A DNA stretch of 64,000 bases from Macrostomum hystrix (lineage: Eukaryota > Animalia > Platyhelminthes). Location: assembly GCA_950097015.1 (NCBI GenBank), contig CATNEN010000001.1:5332001-5396000 (forward strand). Direction: 5' to 3'. Made by a program: the position numbers and the translations under genes. Of this stretch, positions 48,520 to 60,240 are shown one piece after another. Below the pieces are notes generated by a model. That model worked only from the letters and a program-made list of their open reading frames with translations. It searched no databases and was not told the DNA's origin. Numbering within the stretch: the first letter of the stretch is position 1; every line of letters begins with the position of its first letter.

Positions 48520-49195
48520 AGGTATCGACGTACGCCAATGACAAGACAGGGTATCAACCTACGACAATGACAAGACAGGGTATTAACCTACGCCAATGAC
48601 AAGACAGGGTATTAACCTACGACAATGACAAGACAGGGTATTAACCTACGTCAATGACAAAACAGGGTATTAACCTACGACAATGACAAGACAGGGTATT
48701 AACCTACGCCAATGACAAGACAGGGTATTAACCTACGTCAATGACAAGACAGGGTATTAACCTTCGTAAATGACAAGACAGGGTATTAACCTATGACAAT
48801 GACAAGACAGGGTATTAACCTACGCCAATGACAAGACAGGGTATTAACCTATGACAATGACAAGACAGGGTATCAACCTACGACAATGACAAGACAGGGT
48901 ATTAACCTACGCCAATGACAAGACAGGGTATCAACCTACGTCAATGACAAGACAGGGTATTAACCTACGCCAATGACAAGACCGGGTATTAACCTACGCC
49001 AATGACAAGACAGGGTATTAACCTACGCCAATGACAAGACAGGGTATTAACCTACGCCAATGACAAGACAGGGTATTAACCTACGCCAATGACAAGACAG
49101 GGTATTAACCTACGCCAATGACAAGACAGGTATCAACCTACGACAATGACAGTCGTAGGTTGTCAGGGGGTTGGTATCGACCATCTTGTCATTGG
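48520..49195. repeat. 29-bp minisatellite (aatgacaagacagggtattaacctacgcc)n with inverted end pieces
   Basis: About 21 units followed by gtcgtaggttg and tcttgtcattgg, reverse complements of parts of the unit. Confidence 0.93.
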
Positions 49196-49854
49196 ATTTA
49201 CAGGACAGGTAACCTACAAAAAAAGAGAATTTAGAAAATCACACAAAGTGATCTGTTTTACCTAGAAACTATCCTCAATCTAATTCGGTCATTAAATAAA
49301 AGTAACAGAAAATGCCTTTTTAGATGACAATCTTGTAGAGGGTGTAAAACAAATCTTCTACTGTGGGTCTACTTAAATGTTCCGGTCAAATTTAGTTTTC
49401 CAGAAAAGGGACATGTAAGCAACTGCCTTACAACCGGCTCGTTAGCTTTGAGAAGACTTACCTTTAAGTGGCACGCAATCCAATTAGGCTATAGGAGAGT
49501 CAGTTCGGGACAGTTAATTCACTGTCTTTATTACGATGGTATTTTTGTGTAAGACTTCTTTGAGATGCGCTAATTTGGGTGAATAATTTAACAACGCGAC
49601 AAAAAAGGACGATGAGACATTATAGGCTCATCAACAAACGCTGTGTCTTGGGTAAGGGTAGAAATTACAGAGGAAGCCGAATAACCTTACTAGTTTTTAA
49701 TCTGTGTCAAACTTTTTTGTCACAATTAGAACCTTCTACAATTATCTCCAGGTGCTAGTACACAAACCTCAAGGACAGGAGAGGTAATTAAACTAACAAA
49801 ACTAGCTCAAGGACACGACAAGGAAATATATCACAACTACGTACCTGAACGACT

Positions 49855-49975
49855 GGACAGGTAACATACCTCAAGGACTGTACAGGTAACATACATCAAG
49901 GACTGTACAGGTAACATACCTCAAGGACTGTACATACCTGTATTGTGCAGGTAACGTACCTCAACGACTGTACTG
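49855..49975. repeat. 25-bp short tandem repeat (acaggtaacatacctcaaggactgt)
   Basis: 3-4 units plus degenerate copies upstream. Confidence 0.75.
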
Positions 49976-50221
49976 ATATAAACTGCTGTATTGCCGTAAT
50001 TTACCGTAATTACTGTTAAAGACGGAGCTGATCCTGTAATCCTTTCACAATCGTCCGATGCATGAATACTGTGGCGAGCTGAAAATGTAGGCTACAGAAG
50101 AAAATTTAGGACGGGCGTGGTCACGAGTTTTCTGGATAGTACGCTAAGGATTCATCTTACAAGAGGGTCTTCCTGCAGAAGTTTGTGTGAGAATTCTGTC
50201 ATCTGATAATTATAATAATAA

Positions 50222-50559
50222 TTGCAGGAGGGCTGCGGGCAATGGCACATCATTTGGTGACACTAGACCCGCAACCAGCGAGGAGGCAATTCTGCCCATT
50301 TCGCTGACTCCTGAGCACACACGCACACAGATACTGTACGCAGGCACACGCTCACACAGGTGTGTACATCTGCCCTGACTTTATCATCGTCAGGCAGTGT
50401 ACACTTCACTGTGCCTTGGAGGTTGGCCCACAAGGGCACGACAAGCCCCCAAGCCTTCTCTCCGCGGCTGCGCCCCAAATAAATGTGGCCTCGCCGTGGA
50501 ATCGAACTTAGGAACCTGCGCGAGAGGCAAACGCGATAACCGCTCTGCGACCGACCCCC
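50222..50559 (-). mobile_element. tRNA-derived SINE family B, full-length copy
   Basis: Minus strand: A-box-like TCGCAGAGCGG, B box GTTCGATTCC, internal hairpin CTGCCTGAC..GTCAGGGCAG, 3' end CCCTCCTGCAA plus (ATT)n-like tail. Confidence 0.85.
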
Positions 50560-50744
50560 GTCTGTCATCTGATAGATTCGAAATTCGTTTTAATATTTGA
50601 CAGTTTCAGTCACCTCTCACAGCCGACATACGTAATATGAATTTATAATTGATTACAACTGTTTGTCCTGTTGCCCCAATTCGGACAAATCTGCAGCTAA
50701 AAGCACGGCAGCAGCCATTGCGTGGCAAACCTGAAGACTGTGTA

Positions 50745-50975
50745 TGGCTGTTCAGTCCATGGACAGCTGGGTAAACTGAAGCAATGCAGAGTTAATGGTC
50801 TTGCTAAAGGACACAATTTGTTCCAGTTGTAGTCGGGAAACGAACCCTCGACCTTCAAGTCGTAAGTCCGGTAGTATAGTTGGGCCAGATATACAGCCTA
50901 AGACAACTGGTGTACAACTGTTCAGTCCATGGACTGCTAGGGAGGCAGTTACACCCACCTAACATTATACTGGGA
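50745..50975 (-). mobile_element. SINE family A, fragmented copy
   Basis: gctgttcagtccatggac, gctgggtaaactgaagcaatgcagagttaa and accttcaagtcg blocks. Confidence 0.75.
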
Positions 50976-52454
50976 CATAATAAAATTCGAGACAAAATTC
51001 GAGACATTTTATTTCGAGACAAAATAAAAAAAGTTCTTTGATACCCTTCGATAAAAAAAAACAATTTTCTTAGTATACCAACACTCGATGAGATACAAAC
51101 AGCTACTTGATCAGTAACAAAATATTTATTTCTTATTGTTTAGGCACATCTGAAAAACAAAAAAGACAAAATAAAAATTAACAATTAAGGCACAGTTCTA
51201 TTTTGGCCATCGATAGTGACCACACTACTACAAAACAAGTAGCATAAAAAGGATGGCGAATCACTTTTATAAAGATGGACAGCAAAAGTTACCAGGTAAA
51301 TAAAGTTAAAAGTCCGAATTTTACACTTTAAACTATGTTTCTCATCTATTTGACTTGAGTTGAATAATCACAGGACAAATAAAATAAATCAAAGCAAATT
51401 AGGCGTTAGCAACAAAAGACAAGACACTACAAAGTAAAGCAAAAACTAAAAAATTAAGCAACAGAAATTACGAAGCCAAGCGAAACAGAAACATGTTAAT
51501 AAAAGATGTTATTACGCAGACAAAGTTACAAATATTTTTCTTACACTGAGCAATTATTAGGCTCAATAAAAAAAACTAAAACAGAACGCAAAATCTAATT
51601 CTGCAATACAAAAGACAAGCAACACTGATAAAGGTGGAAAAATTAAAGACGATATACAGTAAAAAAACATTTTTTTCAAAAAATAGCTCGTTGAGAATGT
51701 CTTCTAATGACAGCTGGTGAAAGCAATGAGGGTCTACATATACTTCGCTGTTTCTTGCTAGCCGTGCACTCGTACAAAGTAATTATTCCAATTTTGCGCT
51801 AATATGCAGGGTGAAAAATAGTGAAAATGCTTCAATGAATTCTGTGTGGTGAGAGAAACAGAAGCAAAAAAAATAGAATGAGATTCTGTGAATAACATAC
51901 AAAGTCGATATGTGCTACTGACAAACATAGTAGGCAGTCAGTAACGACTACTAACAGTAGAGTGACCAAGCTATTTTCTCCCCCCTGGGGTAAGACAACG
52001 AGTGTATTTCAAATACTGCCTACTTCACGACAGCTCCCAAACCAAATGACCTTAAAAGATGTACTTTTTGCACAAGTATGCTGTTAACTACGGATGGCAG
52101 CTTCTTGTTCAAGCTGTTAGTGAGAATTTTGCTTGAACGAAAAAAATTTAGATCATTGAAGGATTATTATGATCGGAAGGCAAGAATTTTTTTTTATTTT
52201 CAAAGGCAATGAGGCAGTGCATTTGTGATTAAATTAAAACAAAAAAACTTTTTTTAAAACGAGATTCCAAATTAGTTTCAAAACAGATGCTAGAGTAAAA
52301 TAGATTATTAAGTAGTAAATACAAAATTTTAACGCGTGTTTGTCAGGAGTGCAAACTGAAATGAGAATTTTTTTAATTTATGTACATTGAGACTCAATGC
52401 AAAGCAGTTAATTTCGTTAACTTCAAGAACTAATGAGCAAAAACTTGACCTTTA

Positions 52455-53170
52455 GGATTGGCTCTATGGCTGACTCTATGATTGGCTCTCTAATCAGTCC
52501 TCTGATTGGCTCTCTAATCAGTCCTCTGATTGGCTCTCTAATCAGTCCTCTGATTGGCTCTCTAATCAGTCCTCTGATTGGCTCTCTAATCAGTCCTCTG
52601 ATTGGCTCTCTAATCAGTCCTCTGATTGGCTCTCTAATCAGTCCTCTGATTGGCTCTCTAATCAGTCCTCTGATTGGCTCTAATCAATCCTCTGATTGGC
52701 TCTCTAATCAATCCTCTGATTGGCTCTCTAATCAGTCCTCTGATTGGCTCTCTAATCAATCCTCTGATTGGCTCTCTAATCAATCCTCTGATTGGCTCTC
52801 TAATCAATCCTCTGATTGGCTCTCTAATCAATCCTCTGATTGGCTCTCTAATCAGTCCTCTGATTGGCTCTCTAATCAGTCCTCTGATTGGCTCTCTAAT
52901 CAGTCCTCTGATTGGCTCTCTAATCAGTCCTCTGATTGGCTCTCTAATCAATCCTCTGATTGGCTCTCTAATCAATCCTCTGATTGGCTCTCTAATCAGT
53001 CCTCTGATTGGCTCTCTAATCAGTCCTCTGATTGGCTCTCTAATCAATCCTCTGATTGGCTCTCTAATCAGTCCTCTGATTGGCTCTAATCAATCCTCTG
53101 ATTGGCTCTCTAATGCACAGATTGATTGACTCTCTAATCAATCTCTAATCCTCTGATTAGCTCTCTAAAT
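52455..53170. repeat. 24-bp minisatellite (ctctaatcagtcctctgattggct)n
   Basis: About 28 units, each with an aatcag-N4-ctgatt dyad. Confidence 0.96.
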
Positions 53171-53687
53171 TATTCCTCTCTAATGAATCCTTTGATTTGC
53201 TCTCTAATTTTGAAAAAATTGTGAATGAAATACTTATTGTTAAACAGAACAACCAGTAAGCCAGATAAATAGTACACAGGTTTGCGGACAACGTTTGCCT
53301 GGCTTTCTGACAGATTGAGCTAACAGCTGAAAAGCACAAAAGAGAACCATTTTTTAGCGTAAGATTTCTATCAAACCAATAATCTAATTTTCTACGAGAC
53401 AATAGAGATCCCATTGTTTTTCTGCTTTCACAAATAATCATTGGGAAAGATATCAAATGCAAAACAGATTTACTATTTTACATTTTCTGGTCCTCAAATT
53501 TTCTAGGCACAAGGTAAAATTAAATTAATAAAATAAGGGAATTAATAAGCCACTTCTAAATTGCTCCTAGCACACACAATGTACTAAAATTTGGCCAATA
53601 GCGAAGTTATTAAGCTAGTACAACAATATGCTGACACAATAATAGTAAGGAAAATGAAGCTTACTATGAGTAGCATTGAGTAGTCTA

Positions 53688-54353
53688 TCACAGTCGCTTC
53701 TTAGCGCTAGTCGCAGCCAAAGACGAGCCATCAAATGAGCTGCCTTCGGAGCCCGCACTGTTGCCTCGATGCGCTGAATACACCACCCCGCTGCTGAACA
53801 CTCGCGCCATCTCCGTCAATCGTTGGCTCGGAGATCGTACCCTAGCCGACACTGGCGGCAGCGGCATAGGTCTTCTCTGCTGCTCGTCCAACTCGCCGGC
53901 CGCATCAGAGGAGGCAGCCGCAGCCGCGGCGGCCATAGAGCGGGTTGTCCGCAAATTGCTTTGCTGATGCTGTCCTGTTCCCATAGAAACGGTGCGACGC
54001 AGCCCGCTTTGAGAATGCCAGCTCGGGCTGGGTATCTGGCGAGACAGCATGTCGGCAAGCGGGCTGGGCCGGGGCAGGCGACGCCAGGCGTTTGAAGATT
54101 CAACAGCCGCGGCTGCTCCGACGGGTACCGAGGCTGCGACGGAGGCGTCCTTGCGATTGGCCGAAATTCCTGCCTTGGCCGATGGCTGTCGAATCTGTGG
54201 CAGAGCGCGTGACTTCAACGCCTGCGTTGGACCGTTTGGCACCGAAGAAGTCGCTGCGGGCTGGTCAGCATCCTCCAGCTTGTTGGATTGTCGCGCATGA
54301 TTGTGCTTGTTGCCGTTGCTATGAGCGTCATATCTTAGACGGCTTTGGTCCAT
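53688..54353 (-). CDS. Ser/Ala/Pro-rich low-complexity ORF (221 aa); possible distal exon of the cyclase or a separate gene
   Basis: GC-rich, stop-free island in AT-rich surroundings with composition like the cyclase C-tail; no recognisable domain; no in-phase splice link established. Confidence 0.5.
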   Translation of the reverse strand: MDQSRLRYDAHSNGNKHNHARQSNKLEDADQPAATSSVPNGPTQALKSRALPQIRQPSAKAGISANRKDASVAASVPVGAAAAVESSNAWRRLPRPSPLADMLSRQIPSPSWHSQSGLRRTVSMGTGQHQQSNLRTTRSMAAAAAAASSDAAGELDEQQRRPMPLPPVSARVRSPSQRLTEMARVFSSGVVYSAHRGNSAGSEGSSFDGSSLAATSAKKRL

Positions 54354-56253
54354 TGGAGTTTAAATTTGACTTCAAATTTATTTAACTGCCGCTGTGTCTT
54401 TGAATGTCTCCTTTGGAAATAATTGGTTTTAAATTAATTGAAATTTCCTTTAAAATGTACTCGATTTTACTGATAGCCATTCGTTTTAATTTTTTAATTT
54501 ACAAAGTATTGATATAATTCGTGCATTATCGAATCCTTCCTATATTTAGTAAGACTTCCAGTTTTAATCGACTAGTCAATTTACTAACCCAGAATATTAT
54601 ACAACCCAGAAGCTAAGCCCTGCAAAAATAAATTGAAAAAAACTTATCTAATGTTCTACTAGAAATACATTTTTTATTTTTTTTATTAAATACTTTACAG
54701 TCTTAAAATTGGCTAGGGCATTTTTGTAGTTATGAAATATATATTCTACATTGAGGTTCGGTTTCCAACCTGCTGTTAGAGGCAAAAGCATATAAAGTTT
54801 GGCGATCATTTAAATAATTTTGAAGTGCGTAGAAAATATTTACTTTAACGATTATGTACCATACTTTATAGTATATTCCTTTAAGTATTTATTCTACAAA
54901 AGTTTTCAGCAAAGGTAATGAAAGTCTATAATCTAAAGAACAAGGAGCTATAAATTAAAATGTAATTTATTTATAATAATGGCTTTTATTACCTAAAGTA
55001 TAGAAAGCAAAAAAAAGTTAAAACTGCTATGCGCATAAAAGATAATAAGTGACCACTCATCAAGCAAAAATATTAAAGAGTGACAGTTTTTTATTCCCTA
55101 TATTCCCTGTAATATTAAAATATTTTGCACTTTGGTTGTAAACTATTTTTTCTGTCGAATTGAATTTCTGCTAAAGAGCAACATTTCTGAATAGCTTTTC
55201 TGAATAATAGTTTTTCAATGATTCTTTCAAGATTAGTTGCAAAGCAGCATCGCATATATTAAAATGGACAACTTCGTTTCAAGTTGAATTTCTAATGTAA
55301 CCAACAAGTCAGTAAAACAAATCACTATAAATGCAGCTAGTAATGCTGGAATTCAACAGCACTTGTATTATCTTGCATCGTATTAGCAGCTTAAAAATGA
55401 AAAAAATTAATTGCCAACATTTACATCTATGCATACAACAATTGACGATGTCATATTTCTAGCTACGGGTCGAAATTCAACGGCTCCTAGTCTTCATCGG
55501 CATCGAAATCTCGTTTTGACCTCCGAAGTTGCAGTAAGACCAATTTATAGGTGGCCCATAATTTACTTTGCAAAAGTTAATCATCTATTTAAGTGATGCA
55601 GAGCTACTTAATTAATAAAGACAATTAAACGCATTTGCATGTGAAGTGCATCAGTCCATTTACGTTGAATATGCTATAGATATAAAATAAAAATTCTAAT
55701 TGAAATAATGGGCGCGAATAGGTTTAGAATAATAACATGCAGAGAAAATAAACATTGTGAAGCCACTTCTAGTGGCGTGATCAGCATTAGGAATCAGTTT
55801 TAATATAGCGCGCTCTCGTGTGAGCACACTTTAATCAGATAAAAATTAAATCTCAAAGCCCATGAAAAAATACACGTAGCAACTCTGTCAATATACGTGA
55901 AGTACCAAAGCAAAGAAAAAAGTTGAACGACCTATATACAAGCAGGTTTTCGGAACCTCCTGCATGCGTCTGAGCATTTAGCTGTTAAATTAGAGTAGTC
56001 GAAAGGTAAAAAATATTCATCCTTAAATATTCTATAAAAGTTACGTTTTGCAAGAAAAATATGAATATTTTGAGTTCCTGTTTAATACCAGCTTTTTTGT
56101 CTAACAAGTTATTTTCGGGAAAACAAAAAGGGAAACTTGTACGTTGTTTTAACAGTCCTTTGTTTTATATTTAAAAGCCAATCCGAAGCCGCATACCACT
56201 TTCTTAACGTTGAAGATTATCCAAATTTCTAAATGTTTAATTTATTAGAAAAC

Positions 56254-58930
56254 TTATTTTTCCTCCAAAGAAACAACCTTGCAATCTTCTCTCGGCGTAG
56301 TTGGCTTGTTGTTGGACGTCTTTTTGCGAATCGTCGTCAAACTTCCGCTGACAGTGTCAACCGGTGGCATGCCCGAGTTTGAGCAGCAGCCGCTACTGTT
56401 TCCGTTCACAACTCGTTTGGGCGTTGTTGAAGCCGGCTCATCAAGGCCAGAGTTGATCGTTCCTCGACTGGCTGATGGCAAGTCATCATCGACTAGGAGT
56501 CGATTATCGGGACAGCTGCCGTGACCGTGGCCGTCGCCGCCGCCGCCGCCGCCCCTGCTGGGACCCATCGTGTCGAACTGGTGTTGATCGGCGATTAACT
56601 GTAGCGACGACGGACAGTCCGGCATGCAGGGAAATGCGGCTTCAAAGCCCAGCTTGTTCAGCAGCCAGTAGGTCATCATCTTGGTCTTGCCCTATGCATG
56701 TTTTTTCCGGGTTTGAACACGTTTGCTTCACACTTAGACAGATCAGGGCATGTAAATGTATTATTAAAAATTTTACGCTAACCTTTACTTCAATGATTCC
56801 GCGTTCTTTGATCACGTAGGTTGTGTCGTTTATTATGAAATTCTTGGACGCTTCAGTCATTTGAATGGCGTTGGCTGCATGAAATTAGATTTTTTACATA
56901 AAACATAATTACGAGTACATAAAACTAATACTTAGAAACCGATCGAGCAATCAGCTTACCTCGACCATTGGTCTCCATTCTGCTAGCCGTGTTGACAGTG
57001 TCACCAAAGAGGCAGTACCGGGGCATCTTGGAACCGACCACACCTGCGACAACTGGGCCTGCGGATGGGGTTTGGCATAACTAATTAGTTTTTATTCAAA
57101 AGTATTAAGTAAAAGTAAAGCTTAAAATATTACCGGAGTGCATTCCACCGCGAAGTTGCAGTTTGTGTCCCGGCATGTGTTTGATTTCAATGTGACCGGT
57201 GTGGTGCAACAGGTCCAGGCCCATGCGACAGATTTCGTCGGTGTGTCGGATTCCGATGCGAGTTGGAACGCCTTCATTGGTTAAAAAGAAACAATTTTGT
57301 GTCAGTTTTTCTTTGCAGGAATCAACGTTTGTTCAGCCATGAGAAACTCACCACTGGCCACCATGTATGAATCGCCAATGGTCTCGACTTTGTACACCTG
57401 GTACAGGCTGATGCGTGAATCGAAGCAGCTGTACACTGAATTGAGCATCTCTACAATTTGAATTGGTGCACTCTCCGACACCAGGGCAGCGAAGCCAATG
57501 AGATCGCTGAAGAAGACAGTGGATTGGTCGAAACTTTCAGCTGAAATGTTCTTTCGTCGTTTGAGCTGCTCAGCTACGCTTTGCGGAATCATCTGGTACA
57601 GCAGTTCATTTGTCCTTTGTCGCTCATTGTTCAAATGACTAGTCTGCGTCGCTAAAATGAGAGCGTACGCTTGGACGTCTGACATCACAGCTTGAATTGT
57701 GACCACAATCAGGGGGCAGACAAGAATAGTGATGCACAAGAAGCTGATTGTCACTGAGAGATCAGCAATGTCCTCTCTAGCTGAGCTCTGTAAGTCTTGC
57801 AGAACAGACTCAGCTAGCTTGAGCTGCACATCTAATATTGCGTCCATGTAGATGGTCATGTTGTCGAACCATTTAGTCGACAGAAAGTAAGACTTCTTTG
57901 TCAAGTTCTTATAGAGAATCTCAGCTCTCATGTTGTCCAAGCTTCTCTCAACTGGCTGCCCAGATTTCTTGAGCGCATCCATTAGATTAATTGTCACCAG
58001 CTCAGAATAAAGAGATGCCGCTTTTTGATTGCTGTAGCCGACGAAGTACTTCTGAAGATACAATTGGTAGTCCGCAGGAGAGCGTAAACTGCCGTTGGAG
58101 AAATAAACTGCCCCTAGCGAGCGCTCAACTCCCATGTTTTCCTTGCAAATGACCAATAATACGTAGGCTACCATCTTGCGCCACAGAGAGCCGTCACGAG
58201 ATCTTTGAATTGCGGTATAAACCCAATCAATAAAAACCTGAGTTAAGCTAGAGTAGTACTCAATCTCTTGGTAAAGATTTGTTTTGAAATGGTCTAATTC
58301 TCTTCTATGCCTACTTAATTCTTCCATGAAATCTTCACGACTCCGAAATGTATCTTTCCGATGGAGCTGCTTTTGCTGCTGCATTTCTTGAGTGAGCTGC
58401 AACGACTGACGCAGCGGCCACACGGACATCTGCAGCAGAGTCTTGTCGGTCTCCGGGTATCTATCCGTCATAATCATGCGCGTCTCAGAGCTGCCACTTC
58501 CGCAGAACAAAGCGGTCATATCCCTCTCCCGCTGCAGAGAGTGGATGACCAGGCCAGTTTCCATGACAAAGCGCATGGACTGACGAACAGCCGCATTAAA
58601 GTCGTTTTTCTGACTCACAGTTGTCATGTCGCTAATGGTGATGCCGGATAGAGCAGCGATAGGCACTAGGATTAGTACCATGATCTTAGCCATCTGTTTC
58701 CTCTTACCGCTGCGAGTCAGCGGATTTCCGTGGCACAGTTGCGCAAGGCATCCCTCCTTGTTGCCTGTGCCGCTACTGCCGTGACTGCTGCGCGAACCTG
58801 TTCGACGTGAATTGCCAAACTTTTCTATGTTGTTCAGCACCGTAGTTGTGCCCTGGCTAACATCAGACGCTGTTGAAACATACGATAGCGAGCTGTCAAC
58901 TCTCTGCTGTTGTAGGTCTCGGTTGGTCAT
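56254..58930 (-). CDS. Membrane guanylyl cyclase with NIT (nitrate/nitrite-sensing) domain (NIT-GC)
   Basis: Exons 57352-58930, 57134-57271, 56960-57058, 56783-56874, 56254-56691. Cyclase motifs [57 protein letters not shown] (Glu and Cys of GTP specificity). NIT-like motifs [10 protein letters not shown] and [11 protein letters not shown] lie between two hydrophobic helices. The true 5' and 3' ends are uncertain. Confidence 0.9.
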
Positions 58931-60240
58931 TCTCAAGGCTTCTAAATAAACTAGCGATACGAAAAGTGGAAGATTGACTATGCTAAACTAACTCGTGTTC
59001 CGCATTCAATATTTATACTTGCCAATCGCATCATTAAAGACAATGAGACTTCCGCATGCTAGTTTGCAGCTTTTCGGCAGCTTTGTTGACCAATTAGCTA
59101 ATGAATCGGAATTTGTTTCTTTGATAAGTTTTCCTAGACCGTTTTGCTTCTCAAAGAGAAGCACACAAAATCCGTATCTTTTTTAACAAGCAAGCCACAC
59201 AAGATGCATGTCCATCGTTTCATCTGCGAAATACGCAGCCTCAGCTAGACTGCCAAGGGCTTCCAATGCAACACAACTGGCAATCTACTATCGCAGAAAA
59301 TGAGATCCCAGGTTCGCGGGTAGCAACAGAGCACTAATTGCTTTTCTCCACCTCTCAGGTGCAGATAAGCACGAGGCTGCTGAGTGACAAATTCCCAAGT
59401 GTTCTAGTCACGAATCTATCATTTGAGTGTCCGTCTAATTAGTTTCTTGTCTGAGGTTGAGCAGCTAATAGCTATGAGTTACATAGGGCGTGCATCAGAC
59501 AGGTAGATCCAACTCAAATTCAGATTGCACAGTTCAAAGCCGAGTCACATTAATTATTTGCTCGTTAAGCCATTCAGGTAATTATTAATCATAAAAAACC
59601 AGTCGATCTAATTATGTTAATATTTTATATGTTAGTTTAATTTTAAGTTTTATGATAGGACAAAAATGACTAGAAAAAAAGACTGTACAAAACAAGATTT
59701 TTCCCGACTAAAATTGTAACCATGTAACGATGTGGACAAAAATGAAATGTAATACCTATGCCTGTAGGTACAGGCGCACTAGCTCAGTTTATGTTAAGAG
59801 CATGAAATTATTAACACCACTTCAGCAACAGGTGCACACGCTGTTGATTAGTTGTGATATTATTGAGGAGTTAAGGTTGTTGCTCAGATAGTTTCCTGGA
59901 TGGCTTACAACTGTAACACGAGTAGATACATCATGGATTAACTAACCGACTCAACAAATTGGTTAGCTTTCGACTTACACTAACAGTTGATATCTATCAT
60001 GCTCTAGAAAGTGAGTAAATGTTTATAAAGTTAACAAAAATGGAAAAAAGCTGTCATTCAGCGATTTGTTGCTTATAATCTGGTACATCAATAGCAAAAT
60101 TGCAAATTTGAGTTGGAGTTGCGTTATTAATTATTTATGTCAGCCAAAACTCATTAACAACAACTCAAAAGTATTTTTTGAAACTATGACGCGCTGCAAA
60201 CCTGTATTGCGCTGTTTAATCTGACGTGAGTGATTTAAAA

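Noticed and set aside
50230-50300. HDV-like ribozyme in the SINE-B 3' end (minus strand GCC-TCCTCGCT-GGT matches HDV P3/L3)
   Set aside because: The G residues needed for P1.1 are absent (CT follows the putative P1), no P2/J4-2 is evident, other copies break P3 or L3, and simple hairpins (GGCA-GAAT-TGCC; TGCGGGT/GCCCGCA) explain the sequence. An Infernal search would settle it.
52433-53129. Repetitive ORFs on both strands
   Set aside because: 24-bp tandem repeat; the same applies to ORFs at 10089-10998, 31431-31757 and 40485-40847.
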